This document shows positions 60,372 through 64,000 of a DNA stretch of 64,000 bases, piece by piece (within the stretch, counting starts at the first letter, position 1; every line of letters starts with the position of its first letter). The notes under the pieces were generated by a model. The model was not told the origin of the DNA and did not search any database. It saw only the letters and a program-made list of their open reading frames with translations. This DNA is from Candidatus Krumholzibacteriota bacterium. Lineage in GTDB: Bacteria; Krumholzibacteriota; Krumholzibacteriia; JAJRXK01. Both the position numbers and the translations under genes were made by a program. Location of the stretch: contig CAWDWO010000026.1 in NCBI GenBank assembly GCA_963806035.1, positions 64,001 through 128,000 of the forward strand. Direction: 5' to 3'.

Positions 60372-61691
60372 GTGATCGCTCTTGAACGCGCTCCCGCAGA
60401 CGGAATCTTGCCGGGCTATGACTGGCGTGAAGGCGATCGTCTGGTGCGCATCGGCGACAGCCCCATCGAGGACATCCTCGATTTCTACTACCTCGGCGAG
60501 GACTCCACGCGCCTGAAGGTCGCCATCCTCGATCGCGACGGCCGCAGTTTGGACTTCGAACTGAAAGCGGATGACCTGACGCTTTTGGCCGAGTCCTTCG
60601 CCCCCCTGGAATTCAAGACCTGCGCCTGCCGCTGTGTCTTCTGCTTCATCGATCAAAATCCCCAGGGACTTCGCAAACAGATCTACGTGAAGGACGAGGA
60701 CTACCGACTCAGTTTTCTCTACGGGAACTACATCACCTTGACCAGTCTGGGGCGGCGCGGTTTGCGCCGCGTGCTCGAGCAAAAGTTGAGTCCGCTCTTC
60801 GTCTCGGTGCACGCCACCGACCTCGACGTGCGCACGAAGCTGTTGGGGATCAAGCGGCGCATCGACGTGCTGGCGATCCTGCGCGAACTCACCAGCAATG
60901 GGATTGAAGTGCACTGCCAGATCGTGCTGTGCCCCGGATGGAACGACGGTGCGATCCTGGACAAGACGGTCAGCGATTTGGGGGCGCTCTTTCCCGGGGT
61001 CGCCTCGATCGCGGTCGTCCCGGTGGGCCTGAGCGATCATCGCGAGGGACTTCCCGAGCTGAGAACCGTGACCCGGGGCGACGCGCGTGCCGCGCTGGGC
61101 CAACTGCGGAACTGGCAGGATCGCTTTCTCGCGCACCACGGAGAACGCCTGGTGTATCTCAGCGACGAGTTCTACCTGCGCGCCGAGCTGCCCTTTCCTC
61201 CGCGCGCTTTCTACGAGGACATGCCGCAAGAAGACAATGGCATAGGCCAGGCGCGAGCCCTCCTGGAAGAGATCCAGCAGGCCACCCCCCGGCTTCTTAA
61301 GGCATCCCGCGAAAGACGCACCGCGACCATTCTCACCGGAAGCCTCGGGGCCGCGTTCTTCGAGAGGGACCTCTTGCCCTTGCTTCAGAAAATCGAGTGG
61401 CTCGACCTGCGCGTGGTGGGAATCGAAAACCGACTCTACGGGAAGGGGATCACGGTGGTGGGACTTCTCCCCGGCCGTGATTTCGCGGACACCATCGCAA
61501 AGCTTCCCGCCGATTGCGGCCAGGTGCTCCTGCCGGATTCCCCGCTCAATCACGAGGACCTGTTCCTGGACGACATGAGCCTGAAGGAGCTGCTGGAGAG
61601 CGCACCGCATCCGGTGAAGGTGGCGCGCGAAGGCCTGGTGGAAGCATTGCTGGAGCTCGCGGCGCAATCTCCATCGCCCAAAAGGACTTGA
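60372..61691 (+). CDS. DUF512-family radical-SAM-like protein with PDZ-like N-terminus
   Basis: CACRCVFCFIDQNP (CX3CX2C), KDEDYRLSFLYGNYITLT, QIVLCPGWNDG, VVPVGL, SDEFYL. Confidence 0.88.
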   Translation: MIALERAPADGILPGYDWREGDRLVRIGDSPIEDILDFYYLGEDSTRLKVAILDRDGRSLDFELKADDLTLLAESFAPLEFKTCACRCVFCFIDQNPQGLRKQIYVKDEDYRLSFLYGNYITLTSLGRRGLRRVLEQKLSPLFVSVHATDLDVRTKLLGIKRRIDVLAILRELTSNGIEVHCQIVLCPGWNDGAILDKTVSDLGALFPGVASIAVVPVGLSDHREGLPELRTVTRGDARAALGQLRNWQDRFLAHHGERLVYLSDEFYLRAELPFPPRAFYEDMPQEDNGIGQARALLEEIQQATPRLLKASRERRTATILTGSLGAAFFERDLLPLLQKIEWLDLRVVGIENRLYGKGITVVGLLPGRDFADTIAKLPADCGQVLLPDSPLNHEDLFLDDMSLKELLESAPHPVKVAREGLVEALLELAAQSPSPKRT

Positions 61692-61692
61692 G

Positions 61693-63015
61693 ATGAACTC
61701 CTCTCTGGTCGCCATCGTGGGCCGGCCCAACGTCGGCAAATCGACCCTCTTCAATCGAATCACCCGCTCCCGATCCGCGGTGGTGCACGAGAGCGCGGGG
61801 GTGACGCGCGATCGTCACATTCGATCCGCCGAATGGAGCGGACACTACTTCACCCTCGCCGATACCGGAGGCATCATTCCCTTCGAGGAAGGCACGCCCT
61901 TCGAGCATGAGATCGCCGAGGTCGCGCGCGCCACCATGAAAATGGCTGACCTCGTTCTCTTCGTGGTGGAAGTGGGAAGCGGGATCACCGCCTACGACCA
62001 GGCACTCGCCTCCGAGCTGCACCGGCTCGAGCAACCGGTCCAGCTTGTGGTGAACAAGGTGGACAAGGAACTGGACCAGCTCGAGGCGGCGGAATTTTAT
62101 GCCCTGGGTTTTCCCGTTTTGCATCAGATCTCTGCGCTGCACGGGAGGGGAGTGGGTGACCTCCTGGATGCGGTGGTGGAGGTTCTACCTCCACGACAGT
62201 TCAAGCCTCAGACCGGCTTGCACCTGGCTCTGGTGGGCCGCCCCAACGTGGGCAAGAGCAGCCTTCTGAATGCGCTGACCGGTTCGGTCAGCAGTCTGGT
62301 GAGCGAGGTTCCCGGCACCACGCGCGACGCGCTGGACAGCCGGATTCGCTGGCACAATGAAGACGTGGTGCTGGTGGACACCGCGGGAATCCGCCGCCGC
62401 TTCAAGCACAACAAGGGAGTGGAGTACTTCTCGGTGCTGCGCTCGATCCAGGCCATCCAGCGCTGTGAGGTGGCGGTGCTGCTTCTGGATGCCACCGAGG
62501 GCGTGGTGGCTCAGGACGCGCGCGTGGCCAGCGAGATCCACGACGCGGGCAAGGGAGCGATCATCGCGGTCAACAAGTGGGACGCGATCCAGAAGGAGAC
62601 GATGACCTTCAAGCACTTCACCGACAAGATCCGCGAGGATCTGGCCTTTTTGAGCTATGCCCCGGTGGTCTCGATCTCCGCCCTGACGGGGACACGGACG
62701 CAGAAGATCCTGGAGATGGCTTGGGAAGTGGCGCGGGAACGTGAGAAAACGGTTGAAACAAGCCGCCTAAACAGCATACTGGAGGCGGCGAAGCAGAAAA
62801 ACCCTCCGCCGCTGCATCAGCACGGGACCGGGAAAATCTACTACGCGACGCAGACGGGAACCGCACCTCCGGTCTTCACGCTCTTTGTCAACCGGAGTGC
62901 CTATTTCCCGAGGAACTACCTGCGTTACCTGAACAATCGTATTCGTGAGGCGGTGGGATTCTCCGGCACCCGGATCCACCTCGCCCTCCGTGAGAAGGAG
63001 AGAGCCCGCAGATGA
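61693..63015 (+). CDS. der: Ribosome biogenesis GTPase Der (EngA)
   Basis: Two GRPNVGKS P-loops, DTGG/DTAG, NKVD/NKWD, C-terminal KH-like domain. Confidence 0.97.
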   Translation: MNSSLVAIVGRPNVGKSTLFNRITRSRSAVVHESAGVTRDRHIRSAEWSGHYFTLADTGGIIPFEEGTPFEHEIAEVARATMKMADLVLFVVEVGSGITAYDQALASELHRLEQPVQLVVNKVDKELDQLEAAEFYALGFPVLHQISALHGRGVGDLLDAVVEVLPPRQFKPQTGLHLALVGRPNVGKSSLLNALTGSVSSLVSEVPGTTRDALDSRIRWHNEDVVLVDTAGIRRRFKHNKGVEYFSVLRSIQAIQRCEVAVLLLDATEGVVAQDARVASEIHDAGKGAIIAVNKWDAIQKETMTFKHFTDKIREDLAFLSYAPVVSISALTGTRTQKILEMAWEVAREREKTVETSRLNSILEAAKQKNPPPLHQHGTGKIYYATQTGTAPPVFTLFVNRSAYFPRNYLRYLNNRIREAVGFSGTRIHLALREKERARR

Positions 63016-63644
63016 ATCCTTGGCTGGCCGTACTCGTCGCCCTCTTCGTCGGATACCTCTTCGGTTCCTTTCCCACCTCCTATCTGCTCGGGCGGCGCAA
63101 GGGCGTCGATCTGAGGGTCGAGGGAAGCGGAAACCTGGGCGCGACGAACGCCTTCCGCGTCCTGGGACCCGTCACCGCCAGCCTGGTGCTTCTGGTCGAT
63201 CTCTTCAAGGGAGCTTTCCCGGTCTGGCTGGCGCTGTCGGATCGACTGGCCGCGGCCGGTCCGACCGCGGACGCGCTGGCGCTCGCCGCCGCGATGGGGG
63301 CGGTCCTGGGACACGCCTTCAGCCCCTGGGTGGGCTTCCGCGGCGGCAAGGGAGTCGCCACCGCGGCCGGCGCCTTTTTGACCCTGGCCCCCTGGGGCGC
63401 GCTGCCCGCTTTCGGCATCTGGATCATCCTGCTGCTCAGCACACGCATCATGAGCATCGCGAGCATCGCGGCCGCGGCGGCGCTTCCCGTCACCCTCCTG
63501 GTTCACACCCTGAGCCATCCCTCGGCCCAACCGCGCTGGGCCACCCTGATCGCCTCGGTCGTGTTGGGCGCGCTCATTCTCCTGCGGCACCGCGAGAACC
63601 TGCGCCGCCTGCGTCGCGGGGAGGAGAAACCTCTGTGGTCGTGA
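63012..63644 (+). CDS. plsY: Glycerol-3-phosphate acyltransferase PlsY
   Basis: GYLFGSFP, GSGNLGATNAFR, DLFKG, FRGGKGVAT, RHRENLRRL..GEE. Confidence 0.96.
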   Translation: MNPWLAVLVALFVGYLFGSFPTSYLLGRRKGVDLRVEGSGNLGATNAFRVLGPVTASLVLLVDLFKGAFPVWLALSDRLAAAGPTADALALAAAMGAVLGHAFSPWVGFRGGKGVATAAGAFLTLAPWGALPAFGIWIILLLSTRIMSIASIAAAAALPVTLLVHTLSHPSAQPRWATLIASVVLGALILLRHRENLRRLRRGEEKPLWS

Positions 63645-64000
63645 ACGAGTCGATCGCGGTCTTGGGGGCCGGGTCCTGGGGCACCGCCTTGGCGCTGAGC
63701 GCCGACGCGGCCGGACATGAGACGCGACTCTGGGCACGACGCCAGGAACTCGTTCGCGAACTCAGCGAAGGCAGCAATCAAAAATACCTGCCGGGGATCC
63801 AGCTGAGCCGGACCCTGAAGGCGAGCGACTCGCTGCAGGAATCCGTCCGGGGGGTAAGGGTGATCGTCCTCGCGGTGCCCGCTTCCTCCGTGGCGCAGCT
63901 ATGCGAACGGCTTTGCGAATGCCAGCTCGAGGAAGCGGCAGTGGTGGTGTGCGCGGCCAAGGGTCTGGAAGAAAAGACGGGACGGCGCATGAGCCAGGTG
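63641..64000 (+). CDS. gpsA: NAD(P)H-dependent glycerol-3-phosphate dehydrogenase, 3' end outside window
   Basis: GTG start reading MNESIAVLGAGSWGTALA, NQKYLPG, LAVPA, AAKGLE; der-plsY-gpsA synteny. Confidence 0.94.
   Translation, partial: MNESIAVLGAGSWGTALALSADAAGHETRLWARRQELVRELSEGSNQKYLPGIQLSRTLKASDSLQESVRGVRVIVLAVPASSVAQLCERLCECQLEEAAVVVCAAKGLEEKTGRRMSQV

Overview
GC-rich bacterial chromosome segment (roughly two-thirds GC by eye, not computed), gene-dense and almost entirely on the + strand. It is mostly core genome: rnr (partial), comEC, purC-purH-guaA, csp, secA, trmFO-xerC-hslV-hslU-argF, dapF, rpsT, uvrC-xerD-scpA-scpB-rluB, hisC-aroA-cmk/plsC-rpsA, mtaB-miaB-lapA-lapB, mutS, mutL-miaA, tRNA-Gly(CCC), DUF512-der-plsY-gpsA (partial). 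A PorV-like barrel, a protease with a FlgD-Ig/T9SS-like C-terminus, a Bacteroidota/Chlorobi-type long SecA, a six-domain S1 and lapAB suggest a diderm FCB-group lineage (inference). I found no CRISPR array, IS element, prophage, rRNA or defence island, and no self-contained new operon can be proven from sequence alone. The best candidate for an undescribed system is a dispersed sigma-54/c-di-GMP circuit. Its parts are a PilZ - histidine kinase - two enhancer-binding-protein locus, an active GGEEF cyclase with a winged-helix-like N-terminus, and two near-consensus -24/-12 promoters. One promoter precedes a TPR + J-domain/TPR gene pair. The other precedes a Rossmann-like/multi-GAF/degenerate-GGDEF gene with an intact RxxD site, lying between mutS and mutL. 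Frameshifts in secA (about ten), guaA and the second enhancer-binding protein are most likely sequencing or assembly indels.
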